From Podarcis cretensis (taxonomy: Eukaryota), in assembly GCA_951804945.1 (NCBI GenBank), contig OX638149.1, positions 88,474,001 through 88,538,000 on the forward strand: DNA of 64,000 nucleotides. The letters are read 5' to 3'. Below, piece by piece: positions 1 to 13,239 of this stretch (the first letter of the stretch is position 1; each line of letters starts with the position of its first letter). Position numbers and translations under genes: made by a program. A model generated the notes under the pieces. That model made no database searches. It saw nothing but the letters and a program-made list of their open reading frames with translations, and had not been told where the DNA came from.

Positions 1-664
1 CTTTTAACAGTGCTGAGGAGCATGAGGGGTATAGAATATGGGAGATGGGAGAGTGCAGTGCGGTGCCTTGGAGGACATCAAGAGCATAGGATTTGCAGGG
101 TACCATATTTACAGCAAAGTAGGGTAGGATGTTTAATGAAGGAGAAGACACCACTTACAGGGATGTTTAGGTGGTGGCATGCGGGAAGGGGGCTTAGGTG
201 TTAAAGATTTGGAAGCTTACAAGGGAGTGATTGGCATCAGTGATCTTGCAAAGGAATTTGAGAGGCAAGATTCATATAGGTGGTACACACTGAGACAGGA
301 TAGTAAGGGACACGTTTGAAAATTAAGCAGTGGTCCTACCATTGCCCTCCTTCAAATCAAACTGGTGATCTTTTCCTGTGAAAATGTTTGGGTGTGGTTC
401 TAAACACCTGAAGAATGGAGAGTCCCCGCCCCCCGCTCCAACCCATTTGAATTGAATCCTGTGTTCTGATAACAGTTCTTATAGGTGACTCTCCACCTAT
501 ATGCTGATGGCTGTGACAGAGCTTTGGAGAATCCTTGCCTGTAAGCTGACACAGTTTTTAGTAATTTTTGCCTTGGACGAGATTTGAACTGAGGCATGAG
601 GTAGGTGTGTGTGGATTTTTTTCTACCTTATTTTCAGCTGTTTTTTTTAAATATCTCCTTACAG

Positions 665-1378
665 AGGTCTTGGTTAAAGTTGTGGAGCTCTATTTCTGCG
701 AACGGTGTGGGCAGAGCTTCTCTGACCCTGGCCTGCTTTCCCAGCATCAGTGCATTGAGCTTCCCAGAGGACAACTTGCAAGCATCCCTCAGCTCCAAGA
801 GCTACCACTGGGCCTTACAAGCCAGAGCCTGGCTGTCTCTGGAGAGCAGTCGACAGTCTATGAGGCACAAGCGCAGGGCTTGCTGGATAGAAGCAGGCAG
901 GACCCTGAATTCTGTACCGATCCCCTCTTGTGCCCTGTTTGTCAGGTGGAGTTTGCCTTGCCCACTGAGCTGAAGGAGCATTTCAGGGACCACCAAAAAC
1001 CTACGGGTCCCCAAGTGTGCTTTGAAGAAGGCTGTCATTTCAGCTCGGAGGATCGCAAGCAACTCCGGGGGCACCTGCGGCACGTCCACCAGGTGTGCCC
1101 AGTCACCTGCACCTACCGTGGCTGCTCGCTCTTATTCCGAAGCCGAGAGGACATGGACCTTCACCGCAGAAGCCACTTCCCGTTTCACTGTAGGCACTGT
1201 GACTTCATCAGCGGCAACACCAAGCAGTTTGGGCAGCACCGACACAGCCATCTGCAGGAGGCCACACAGCAGGATGTGGAGGCAGCGCTGGAGACGGGAG
1301 CAGTCGCTGAGAGCACTGAGCACAGCTTCACTGCCATAGTGGGGAAGCGGCTCACCCATCACCTGCTTCTAACATCAG
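665..1378 (+). CDS. ZNF142: ZNF142 coding exon (first in window, phase 1-1)
   Basis: ttacag|AGGTC acceptor, CAG|gtactt donor; frame of ORF 568..1392; contains C2H2 fingers. Confidence 0.85.
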
Positions 1379-4300
1379 GTACTTGGGGCTGAGGTAGAGA
1401 CTAGGGTGGGCAGAAGGGGGAATGCTTGGGAGCGATGCCAGCCACCTACTTCTTAAAAACCCCACTGGATCCTAGGGGTCTTTTAACTCACTTTTGTGAC
1501 AGCTTCCACTTCACTTAGAGACAATGCCATAGGCAGAGGTAAAGGGGTGAAGCTCCATTAGTCAGCTGGCTTTGTGGAATGACATTGTTTGTGGATGTGG
1601 AAAATTATAGCATGAAAAGATGGTGGTAGATTCTGAATGGTGAACCATGGCAGGGAAAGGGATTTGAAATGGTGGGAAAGTTGGGGGAATGCAGTAGCTG
1701 AGAGCAGCTCTCCCTTTGAAAATGCCCAAAGTTTAATCCTCCTCTCTGTCAAACCATGAAGGTCTTACTTCCACTTTTTATGTGTCTTAATTTTAACCCT
1801 CTTTTCTAGTTCCTGTTCTACTTCCCTTTGCCTGGTTCTCAATATGCATTTATTTGCATGTTATCATTTGCTCATCTCAAGCCTTTTCTCTATAAAAAAA
1901 TGGAGTCCCTGGTTTATATTTCATTTTCTTTCCAAGGAAGGGAAGAACCACTAAGCAAGGCTGAGAATTGCTTGGAAGTTCAGAGTGGTTGGGATGTGAC
2001 TGAAATGGAGCCTGGCCTGGGGGCACATGTTGGTAGCAGTCATGTGCCTCCTGAGGACTCAGGACCCAAGGAAGACACAGGGGATGAATTTCAGGAGGAG
2101 GAGGTGGTGGTGGTGGAGAAGGAGAGCTTTGAGAAGAAAGCATCTTCTAAAAGAACAAAGGCTCAGCTGATCAAAGGTAGAGACTTGCATTAATTTGCGA
2201 GCAGTACAGTTTCTGGCATTTCTTAGAAAAGCTTTGCCAAACAGCAAATGCACTGGCATATTACAGCATGCCCTATATTTGAAGAGGGTCTCCCTGCCTG
2301 AACTGGTTGTTTTCTTTCTTGAGTTCGGAGGCAAACTACTTCACACATTAGTTCCCACTTCTGCTTGGAAATCTATTTGTGATGCTTTCTTTTCTTTGGA
2401 ATGGGGTGGAGCATTGAATGCAATGGCTATTCTCCAGTGGGTGCTAACTGATTCCCAATTATCCCTAAATCTCCTGAGCTACTAGAAGCTCTTAAGCATA
2501 GGGTGGGGTTTTTAGATAAATTTTATATCTGTAAAAAAAACCCTCTATTGTTATAGGCCATTGCAATAATTTTTTATTGTAGGGTAGAGAGAACATGGGA
2601 AGAGATTGCAGTTCGGAGCAACTGTTATTGCTAGAGATGAGAGGCAGGCAAAATAGACTTCTGGAGTATGACCAAAGGCCTTTTTATTCATTCCTCTGCA
2701 CTTAAGGCATGCTTCTCTCATTGCAGAAGGTGCGGTTGAGGACTCCAAATACCTGTTCAAGACCCACATGTGTCCGGAGTGCAAGCGTTGCTTCAAGAAG
2801 CGGACTCACCTGGTGGAACACCTTCACCTCCACTTCCCTGACCCCAGGCTGCAGTGCCCAAACTGCCAGAAGTTCTTCACCAGCAAGAGCAAGCTGAAGA
2901 TCCATATGATGCGTGAGAACGGGGAGAAGGCCCACCGCTGCCCGCTGTGCCACTACAGCTCTGTAGAGAAGAATGCCCTCAACAGGCACATGGCCAGCAT
3001 GCATGAGGACATCTCCAACTTCTACTCGGACGTCTACTCCTGTCCTGTGTGCAAGGAGACGTTCAAGCTTAGCCATGCCCTCAAGGAGCACCTGAAGACC
3101 CACAAGGCAGAGCCCAAGCAGCTGAGCTGCTTCCAGGCCGACTGCAGCTACTGCACCGAGGACCGCAAGGACTTCCTGCGGCATGTCAGGGAGGCGCACT
3201 ACATCAAAGCGGTGGAGTGCAAGTACTATGCCTGCTCCCTGCTCTTCCCCACCGCGGAGGTCATGGAAGCGCATCGCAAGACGCACTACGCCTTCCACTG
3301 CCAGCAGTGCGACTTCATCTGCTCCAACAAGCACGTCTTCCGCAAGCATAAGAAGCAAGGCCACCCGGGGAGCGAGCAGCTCCAGTGCAGCTTCTGCCCC
3401 TTTGCCACATTCAACTCTGTGGAATTCCACGACCACGTGGGCAAGATGCACGCCAGTGAGAAGATCCACAAGTGCACCGAGTGCAACTTCGCCACGGCAC
3501 ACAAGAGGGTCCTCATCCGCCACATGCTGCTCCACACAGGCAAGTTTGCTTCCCTGCATGGAGACTCCTAGGGAAGCTCTGGAACGTGTCAGCTTAGGTT
3601 AGACTTGTTCTTCCTGTACAAAATCCTGGCCTTCTGGGGCCAGGTTCTGCCCCACACCTCTTGTTGAAAGACCTAGATTCTGTACTGGAAAGGGACTGAG
3701 ATTCTTTAGTAAAATTTAGGCATATTTGCCAGATTTCTGAACTTTAGTCTGATAACAGAATTTCAGTTCTGGTTATAGAGTTCAACAGTCTTCAGTAGAA
3801 AGTTAGATTCCCTGACTAGACTTTTGTTGGAGTTTGCAATTTTTGGCAGCCCATTCCCTATTTTAGTTGCCATTTCCCACCAGCCTTTCCTTTTCCCAGC
3901 TAGCAGCCTTGGATGCAGCTAGATGAAGGCGCTTAGAGCACTGTTGCATTTACCTGCCCCCCCCAACCTCCCAGCAAGCCCCTCCAGATCAGGAAGGTCT
4001 GCCAAGCAAAGGGCAGAAACGCGGAGAAGGACTTTCCAGTTTGTGGCCCTGCATGGCGAAGGCACTTGCAGTGCCATGGTGATGCAGCGGCCAAGCAGCC
4101 CTAGCTTTCCTCCCCGCTTTGGAGTGAGAAAGAGGCAGGGATTGCTGCTTAGCCAATGGGATCATTGCCACTCACCTCTACACTTGCACTGTGGGAAGGC
4201 ATGCTTGTTGCTTGTTAACGCTTACTTGAGGGCAGTGCCACACATGGTTAAAACCTGGGCGGCATCCATATGCAGTGACAGTAAAGCAATATGCTGTGGG

Positions 4301-7300
4301 AAGGAAGCGCTACCATTTATTTTGGGTTTTTTTGTGGGGCAGGGCAAAGTAGGGCCTCATTTTAAATTGAAAATCTGCTGCTCTCAAGGGGCACTGCAGG
4401 CAGGACTGTCAATCTACAGCTTCCAGTTTGCTCTGTGACTTTAGGAGAGAAGCCTCACAAATGCCAGCTGTGCGACTTCACTTGCCGAGACGTGAGCTAC
4501 CTTTCCAAGCATATGCTGACCCACTCTGATGACAAGAACTACATGTGCACCGAGTGTGGCTATGTGACAAAGTGGAAGCACTACCTGAATGTTCACATGC
4601 GGAAGCACACGGGAGATCTGAGGTACTGAGAGACCCCCTTCCCCTTCCCCTGGCTTGTTTCCTGTATCAGGAAGTAATCCGTATGCAGAGCTGAGGCTTT
4701 TCTCCTTCCACGGTCTTGACCCACTCTTGTTTTGTGTGCAACCAGGTATCAGTGTAACCAGTGTTCCTACCGCTGCCACCGGGCCGACCAGCTGAGCAGC
4801 CACAAGCTGCGCCACCAGGGCAAGTCCTTGATCTGCGAGGTGTGTGGCTTTGCTTGCAAGCGCAAGTATGAGCTGCAGAAGCACATGCAGGCGAAACACT
4901 CCCAGAACTACCAGTCTCCCATCTTCCAGTGTCAGTACTGCAGCTACCAGACCAAATACAAGCAAGCCCTGCTCAACCACGAGAACTGCAAGCACACCAA
5001 GCAGAGGGAGTTCCGTTGTGCCCTTTGCCCTTACCGCACCTTCAGCAATACCAGCCTTTTCTTCCACAAGCGCAAGGTCCACGGCTATGTGCCCGGTGAC
5101 AAGGGCTGGCAGGAGAACTATGCCAGCAAGGAGCTGGAGGTCACCTCGACAGAGGTGCTGCTCAGTTACAACCTGGCCATGACCCTCCATGCTGAGCCCA
5201 GCCCCTCCCTCCCCAGGAGGCATGACAAAACCAAGGCCCTTATTTCAGAGGTCCAGGAGGAGGATGGCCCCCAGGAGACTTTCATCATGTCTCTCTTTGG
5301 GAGTGAAGGCAATGCTGAGACTGGGAGAGAGGAAGTGGTGGGAGAGCAAGACCATAGTAAGACAGATGCAGCCCCTTCAGAGGAACTCTCAACCAAAGCC
5401 TTTCCAAAGGGCTCAGGGGAATCGGGCAGTATTGGGAAGCCCCTTCCGACTTGCACACTGCATCTGGAGACCCTGTGCAGCTCTGATCCAGAGCAGCTGG
5501 TTGAGGAGATGCCCGCAGCAATGCCAGACAGTGGGGTGGCCCAGAATTGTAAGGAGGTGGAATCGGCCTATGAAGCATTAGGTTCCAAGGACTCCCTCCT
5601 CCTGGAGGACAGCGAATCTGCTCTTGACGACATCCCTGAATTTGAGGAGGAGGCAGAGGTCCATGAGGATAGAGAGATGGAGCTGGAGAAAGGTGCTGGG
5701 TCAAGGACTGTTGAAGAGAACAAAAAAGATGCTCAGCAGGATCTGGGGGACAGAAAGGGTGATGGGCGGGACTCTGAACTTCAGCAGGCACCACCCAGCC
5801 CTGAGCAGGGATTGGGGTGCAAAGAACCCAGTATACAGGAAGCTTGGCCAAAGGGGTCAAAGCAAGATTCTCTTCGACCTGTTACTGGCCACGAGACTCT
5901 CCTTGCCCCAGAAGATATGCTTCCTCCCTCTGAAGAAGGCTCCGATTCAGAATCTGTGCTGAAAGCTCTAAGGAGGCAGGACAAGGAGCAAGCGGAAACC
6001 CTGGTCCTGGAAGGCAGGGTGCAGATGTTGGTGGTTCAGTCCGAGAGCCGCGTCTTCAAGTGCGAAAAATGCTCTTACATCACCAGGAAGGAGAAATCAA
6101 TGCTGGTGCACTGCAAAGCTGGCTGTCAGGGCAGGAAATGCCCCTTGGTGTGCCAGGAGTGCGGGGCCATTTTCAAGCAGCAGAGAGGCCTGAATACTCA
6201 CCTCCTTAAGAAATGTCCGGCCCTTGTGAAGAAGACTGTCGGGAAAGCAGCCTGCTTAGACCAGCCTGCTGCAGTACAGCCCAATGGCAAGAGCCTAGAA
6301 ATAGCGGAGGCTAAGAAGAATGGGACAGGAGCCCCGGACGAGGAGGTGAGCAAGCTTCAAAAGGCTTCCTGGGATGCAGAACCGAGGCCTGTGAATGCTG
6401 AGTCTACAGCCGCTGTCCTTCCCAACACACAGCCCTTGGCCATCAGCTTGCAAGAGAAGCCATCTCAGGATTTCCCTGAAACCATGGTAGAAGAACAGTT
6501 GCCAGGAGCTACCGCTGACACAGCTAGCTATCCCTTGGAGAAATACTATGTGGAGCAGAGCAAGTTCCACTGCAAAGCCTGTTCTTTTGCCTGTTCGCGG
6601 GTGTCCACCATCCGCTCCCACGTAGAGGACGGCTGCCGTGGCTCAGAGCAGTTCTGCTGCCCGTTGTGCTCTAAGCCATTCCGTTCCAAGAGGGCCGTTA
6701 AGATCCACCAGTTGGAGGGGCACGTTGAAGCTCATCCCACCCGGCTGCTAGAAAGAACCAAGCGCACGGCGGACTCAGAGGGCGGAGATCAGCAAGCAAA
6801 TGGACAAATCATCTGTAAGGAGATGGGTCGGGCCAATGAGCCAGTGGGAGCAAGCTCTCCCCGCCCTGTGGCCACACACAAGAAGCGGCACTTCTCCTGC
6901 CCCTCCTGCCCCTTCACGTGCCACCAGGAGCGTGCCCTGAAGACCCACAAGAAGCGCGGCTGCCTGAAGCTGGGTGAGTTCCGCTGCACGCTGTGCCCCT
7001 TCACTTCCAAGGCTGCGGCAGCTCTCCGACTGCACCGCAAACTCCACCGCAAGTACTACAGCAACCGGCCGCAGCTGACCTGCCGCCAGTGCGACTTCAC
7101 CTGTAAGCAGGTGCGCTGCCTGCGCCAGCACGTGCGCATCAAGCACGAGGGCGAGAAGCCCCACAAGTGCCCTTACTGCGAGTTCAGCACCACCCGGCGC
7201 TACCGGCTGGATGCGCACCAGTCCTTGCACACGGGCGTGGGCCGCATTGCCTGCCCCACCTGCGGCCAGACTTTCGGCACCAACTCCAAGCTGCGCATCC

Positions 7301-10290
7301 ACCGCCTGCGGGTCCACGAGAAGAAGCCCACCCACTTCTGCCCGCTCTGCGACTACAGCGGCTACATCCAGAACGACATCACCCGCCACGTCAACAGCTG
7401 CCACCAGGGGGAGCTGAACTTTGCCTGCGCCCACTGCCAAGCCCGCTTCAGCTCGGAGACGGCCCTCAAGCAGCATGCCCTGCGCCAGCACGAGGAGAAG
7501 GTCTCCTACGCCTGCCCTCGCTGCGCCTTCGTCTGCCACAGCGAGGCCACCCTCAAGTGCCATGTCCAGAAGCAGCACCCGCACCTGGAGTGCCCCACCT
7601 GCAAGGCCACGCTGGCCACCCGCGAGGAGCTGGAGGAGCACAAGAAGCTGCACTTCAGCCACCGCTGCGACATCTGCAGCTACGCGGCCAAGGAGCGGCA
7701 GCAGCTGGTGAGCCACTACTTGGAGGCCCATGAGCCCCCCGCAGCCAGCGAGAGGCCGCTCAGGTGCTCCTTCTGCGACTTCGGCTGCTGCCACCAGCTG
7801 GTCCTGGACCACCACGTGAAGGGCCACGGTGGCACCCGTATCTACAAGTGCTCCGACTGCGAGTACGCCACCAAGAACAAGCAGAAGATCACGTGGCACA
7901 TCCGCATCCACACCGGGGAGAAGCCTTACAAGTGCCACCTGTGCCAGTACGCCTGCGCTGATCCTTCGCGCCTCAAGGTGAGAGCCGTCCATGCTCAGGA
8001 TGATGGTTAAGAATGCTTGCCTTGCCTGATTTGTCCACTCCCTGCCCAATATGTACCTACCTGTTTTCCCTCTCGGAGGGACTTAACTTTAGCTTCATTT
8101 GTTCTGGTTTTAACTTCCTGTTATAAGATTTAATTGCCACCAGTGGAGACAAAACCTATCCAGTAAGATCGCCTTTCAGTGACAGACCATATGAAACATC
8201 TGTTGCTATCTGGGGGTTTTTCCAGCCCAGCTAGACTGGCTGCTTCCAGTCTGTGATTCTGGTCTCTTCCTCCTCTCTTGAAATCTTACAACTCTCTCTT
8301 ATGCTTCAGCCAGTCTTGCCCCTCTCCTGCATGCATTTTGAAAGGTGGAAATGAAAAACAAAAACAAAACACAAAACTAAGGAGTACCTCAGATGCAGTG
8401 TGTTAAGTCTGGCCTTTGTTATTGTGACTTTTCAGTGCCTTACTGTCCGTAGTATTCCCTCTCTGTCCTCATGCAAGAGGTCTATCATCCAGGTTGCCTG
8501 CTAGGACCACTGATCCACTGGGTGAATTATTTTTTTCTTTATTCAGTTTATATCCTGCCCTTCCTCCCAAAGGAGCCCAGGGTACCTGTAAAACATTTGC
8601 CTCACTGTTTAGTCTTCCTGGGTTCATATAATAATGTTCCAATCAAGTAACTGGATTAAACCACTTGTGAGGTTGGTGTCCCACATGTGTGACCCCCCTC
8701 CCATTTGTCTCCCTCTCTCTGCCCAGTATCACATGCGCATACACAAGGAGGAGAGGAAGTACCTTTGCCCGGAATGTGGCTACAAGTGCAAGTGGGTGAA
8801 TCAACTGAAGTACCACATGACAAAGCATACAGGCAAGTGCTTCACTAGAATATGGAGGTCTTGGGAACTCAGGAGCTAGAAAGGGCATCCTCTGTCCCTC
8901 TTGGGGGATAAAGCCTTGCAGGGCCATGTGTTTTGTTCACATGATGTGAAGAGCAGAGCCTCTTGTAGCCTTCCAAAAGCTGTATGCAGAGACAAACAGT
9001 TGGCATGGTCCAGATTTGATAGAGATTTCTTTCATCACAATTGGACTTATGAGAGTAGGCATGGTGATCTGTAGATTCTTGAAGAAATGTGGCAGCAGTC
9101 TGTTCTATGAAGAACTAGACAGAATATTGTCCCTTGTGAGATGATGCTGGTCCACCAGTGCATCTATTTTGGGTGGGGATATCAGAGTAAAGAACTGACT
9201 GTAGCTTTTGGAAGTGTTGGTACGCATCAATTTTTGAAATACGTATCTCACCGCAGGCATGCCTTACATGCTAACAAGTTTAGCCCTTACCACTTTCATG
9301 CCTGTGCCTGGGAGCAATTGTTGGACCCTTGCAGGCTGAATGGCACTCTTGCTTTCATTGTTCCATCTCCAATCCTTCTGGTTAATAATGCACTGAATGC
9401 CACACTGATGAAACTTGGGCCGTGCTTAGAGCATACCCATTGAAATCAACAGGCTTAAGTTAGCCATGTCCATTGATTTAATAGGTCTGCTCTGAGTCTG
9501 ATACAACCGCTTATTTCCATTTGAGAGCATTTCTGCCTGGTAGCATTTGGGTTGCTGAAAGTGTTTTCATTAGAATTTGGGGTATTTTTGTAGCCATAGT
9601 TCACAGCCAACATATGAGGCTGCAGTACTGGGTGGAGATTTGGGGACACTCCTTTCGCCAGGGCATGCACCTTCCTGCAGAACATGGATGAGCGGCAATG
9701 TTGAGCACTGTTGAGGTGGAAGATACATGGGCTGTGGCTTGGTTTTGATGGTCTGGCATCTCTCACCTGCTTCCAGTGTGTTGCTCTGTGCTTTCTACAC
9801 AGGGATCAAGCCATATCAGTGTGACGAGTGCGAGTACTGCACCAACCGTGCCGATGCCCTGCGCATCCACAAGGAGACGCGCCACCGCGAGGCCCGCTCT
9901 TTCATCTGTGAGCAGTGTGGGAAGGCCTTTAAGACTCGCTTCCTCCTCAAGACGCACCTGAAGAAGCACAGCGAGGAAAAGCCGTATGTCTGCAACGTCT
10001 GCTACCGGGGTTTCCGGTGGGCAGCCGGCTTGCGGCATCACTATCTCACGCACACCAACGAGCACCCTTTCTTCTGCCGCTACTGCAGCTACAAAGCCAA
10101 GCAGAAGTTCCAAGTGATCAAGCATCTGCAGAGGCACCACCCTGAGCAGGGCGGGACAGAGGGGGATCTCAGCAAAGGGGTGGGCAAGGACCCTAGTACA
10201 CTTCCTGTCCACCTGCATGATGCTCAGCTGGAGATCCCCCCCTCCAAGCACCCAGAGGTGATCGAGGCCCAGGTGTCACCGCATGGCTAA
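665..10290 (+). CDS. ZNF142: Zinc finger protein 142, multi-exon CDS, 5'-partial: join(665..1378,1937..2176,2727..3539,4445..4622,4746..7977,8727..8832,9803..10290)
   Basis: Many C2H2 fingers. Peptides EVLVKVVELYFCERC and FKTHMCPECKRCFKKRTHLVEHLHLHFPDP...NRHMASMHEDISNFYSD match recalled ZNF142. All six junctions are phase-consistent (5771 nt = 2 + 1923 codons including stop). Lies tail-to-tail with PLCD4, as in mammals. Confidence 0.95.
1937..2176 (+). CDS. ZNF142: ZNF142 coding exon (acidic linker, phase 1-1)
   Basis: ttttctttccaag|GAAGG acceptor, AAAG|gtagag donor; frame of ORF 1828..2193. Confidence 0.75.
2727..3539 (+). CDS. ZNF142: ZNF142 coding exon (zinc-finger cluster), ends at a GC donor
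   Basis: ttgcag|AAGGT acceptor; ends LLHT-G at ACAG|gcaagt. Confidence 0.93.
4445..4622 (+). CDS. ZNF142: ZNF142 coding exon (GEKPHKC...HTGDLR)
   Basis: tttag|GAGAG acceptor, GAG|gtactg donor. Confidence 0.93.
4746..7977 (+). CDS. ZNF142: ZNF142 large coding exon (3232 nt)
   Basis: accag|GTATC acceptor, AAG|gtgaga donor; within ORF 4732..8010. Confidence 0.95.
8727..8832 (+). CDS. ZNF142: ZNF142 coding exon (YHMRIHKEERKYLCPECG...), ends at a GC donor
   Basis: ctctgcccag|TATCAC acceptor, ACAG|gcaagt donor. Confidence 0.92.
9803..10290 (+). CDS. ZNF142: ZNF142 last coding exon
   Basis: ctacacag|GGATC acceptor; GIKPYQCDECEY...; TAA stop at 10288-10290. Confidence 0.93.
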
Positions 10291-12594
10291 GTCAAAGCTG
10301 GGGGGAAATGGACTTTGCACATTGAGACGACACTTTGCTGTGGTTTCCATGAACTGGAAGTGGGTGGAAGCCCTCAGCCTGGAAGCACACAATGTGCCCA
10401 TCCAAGCTGTTTCAAGCCTGCTAGGGCAAACACTGGCCTCTCTAGGTCAGGCGTATGCCATTGTGTATGTTTTATAGTCATATCTGTACATGGGATGTAA
10501 AATATGTGACTGTATAAAAGGGATCTCCAGCTTTCTTTGCAATTTTGATGGTGTTGAATTCTTTGCTTTGCCCAATAGGGCAGTCAAGGTGAAGGGTGAG
10601 TGCTGGGAGAAACAATACTTTATAGAAGTTGGGAGGGAGGATTGAGCCTGGCTTCTGAAGAAGGGTCTTGGTACGAGAATAGTTACTCATAAGGTCCCAT
10701 GTTTTCTAATAAGTCTGCACTATTGGGAAATGGTCTTCCCTGCTGAAAGTTGCATCCAAGCACCTCAGGACAGAGCTTTGTGATGCACAAAGTACATTTT
10801 TGTGCTACCACCCTTCTGCCTGATGCATTTAAAAATGAAGTTACTTCTTTCATGTCCACCTGGATTTAACCATCCAGGAGTCCTTTACCTTTACCGTTTT
10901 TTGCCCCAGACATTTGTGTTACTGTGGAATGATGTTCATTTTAATCGGACAGTGCTAATTTGCAAGAGCTGCTTTCTGCTTGCGGGAATTTCAAAATTAG
11001 CATGGAAGGTCTTGTACATACTTCTTGCCAGTGGCTTTAGTGGGAGAGGCTTGGCATTTTCTTCCTTTCTTCTAGGGAGTGCAGGGACACATGTCAATCT
11101 TACTTGGAAGTAATCAGTTTGTTCCAGCTTGCAAATGATGAGAGCATTTGATAAAGCCTCTTTATGACGGGCCAGGAGCACTTAGCAGGTTGCTGTCTTG
11201 GAAACCCTTATGACAAAGTGAGTTTATAGCTGCACTTAATTGATTTTTGACATCGTAGTACTGTGCCGCAAGCCTTTCTGGGCAGCTTTACTACACTAAG
11301 CCTTGCCTTTCAGGTTCACGTACTTTCTACCCCTGCAGTGTTTCCTATGAAGATTGTTCATGACGTGTGCGTTCGCTTTTGCTGAAAGGCAAGTTAGGTG
11401 CTGATGCTGCATAACACTGAGAGTTGTAAAAATTTTGAGCAATAAGGTCATGGCATACTTGTCCACTTTTTAAATTTCATGTGTGTTTACTAACTCTAGT
11501 GTCCACTGTGATATGCACAGATCAGACACTCGCCCATCCTTTATTTCCCCATAAATGATGTGTTTGAGACCAGAAATATTCATTCTGGGCAACAGAACTG
11601 GCACCAGAACCTGGAGTCATCCTTTGCCTCCTAGTTTGAGCTGCTACTCCAAGAGCTGTGTTTTGAGTGTGAGTGTGTGATGCACAAAAAGAGAGGCTCC
11701 CTCTTGTCCCTGTATATGCATATGGTTGCTGTGAATGAAAAATGTCCTCTTCTTTGGAAACTCAGCTAAGCTCAGTCTTCCTCTTTTTATGGTAAACTCC
11801 AGGGGTTTGTGTTTCCTCTTTTTCTGTAGCCCACAACATTTACGAAAGGCTTTGCAGCTTTGATTATGTCATGGAATGGATGTCTTCTAACAGAAAATTG
11901 AGTAGGTACTGCCATTTCTTAAGAATTGCAAATTTAAGGTTGATTTCTACTGCTGTGGTAGTCTTAAACATTGCCTTTTTGTTCCTTTATGCTCATGTTT
12001 TGCTTGTGGATTTCTCATGGGAAATGGGATGCTGGACAACATAGGACTTCTTTGCTTCTTTTCTATAGCTCTTCATTTTCCCTGTGTTTTAATCTTTATT
12101 CCCAACCTTCAATTAGCCAAAATCTAAATTGTGCAATGAAACGAAGCCATGAAAATGTGCATAAATTACCCCATGGCAGAATTGTATGTCTCCTCAGCTC
12201 CCCACTTTGCAGTGTTTGAAACTCCCAGCATTCTAGGCACATTTTGCAACAGGGAATTTCAGACCATTTTTAACTTGTCTTTTTATTATTTTGATAAAAC
12301 CAATTTGCATATGTAGGGTCTCAGCCCTTTACAAAGGAGGCAGTATTTGGGAAGTAAATGACATTCCATGCATTGCTATAAATATTTTTAGACATATATT
12401 GCATCTGTAAACATACCTGAGTTAAACAAAGATGTACAAGTAGGAGGGTTGTGGCTAGGGAACAAGACAAGCTGACTGGATGCATAGGCATGCTGTTAAC
12501 AGGCAAGCTAGCTTGCAGGTAACTGTGTCACATCCATCACAGCCAAAGTGCTGTTTCCACATGAATTAGGTTTCTGTTCTGTGAGACTCTAGCC

Positions 12595-12890
12595 CAAGGG
12601 CAGCCAACATGGCACTTTCCAGATATAGTTGAACAACATCTCCCATCATCATCAGCAGATAGCATATTCAGTGACTAGGTATGCTAGGAGTTGGAGTCAT
12701 GCATTGAGGGCATCATGCTGACTATCCCTGATCTAGGACTGGCAAAGTCCAACTGGCCTCCAGTGGAGTGCATACAGGGTGTACTTCAAATGATGAGAGA
12801 CTACAACTCCCATCATCCCTGGTCAACCTGGCTAATGGTAAAGGATAATGGGAGTTGTAGTTCAGCAGCCACCACATTGGCTGCCTCACT
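12595..12890. mobile_element. Two adjacent short hAT-like MITEs; similar copies near 16150, 19650, 25960, 30950, 35910, 39800, 53330
   Basis: Recurrent internal inverted motif actacaactcccatcatccc ... gggagttgtagt. Confidence 0.5.
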
Positions 12891-13239
12891 GCTCTAGCCC
12901 ATTTAGACTTAAGATGGAGGCAGCTTTTACAGTATCAAATTCCTCTTCTCTTGGCTACCTTAGAGTTGCGGTGAGTTATCCTGTCTTTTGATTTTTCAAC
13001 CAGCAGGCCTCTGTAGTTCTATCTGCTATTTCTGCTTCCCAGCAAAAATCATTCCACACAAAAGGGTTGCCTCTCAGAGGCAGAAGCCTTTGGCTGCTAT
13101 GTGGAAGTTGTACATGCACTATTTTGTGTGACTGGATAATTTAACAACTGAAATTGCTAGAGCACAAAAGCACTGGAGTATACCTACTGCGAGACCAGAC
13201 GAAATGGTAAGGAGCTGAGCCATGGTTATAGGGGCAAGC

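Noticed and set aside
568-664. 5' part of ORF 568..1392 and a GAG|gtaggt donor-like site at 601
   Set aside because: Reads as intronic polypyrimidine sequence before the 665 acceptor; the ORF starts at a non-ATG codon and the true ZNF142 start should lie left of the window.
6775-8049. Long antisense ORFs over ZNF142 (424 aa here; also 2702..3559, 4441..5223, 9763..10251)
   Set aside because: Shadow ORFs: high-GC3 codon use on + removes stops on -; no recognisable protein.
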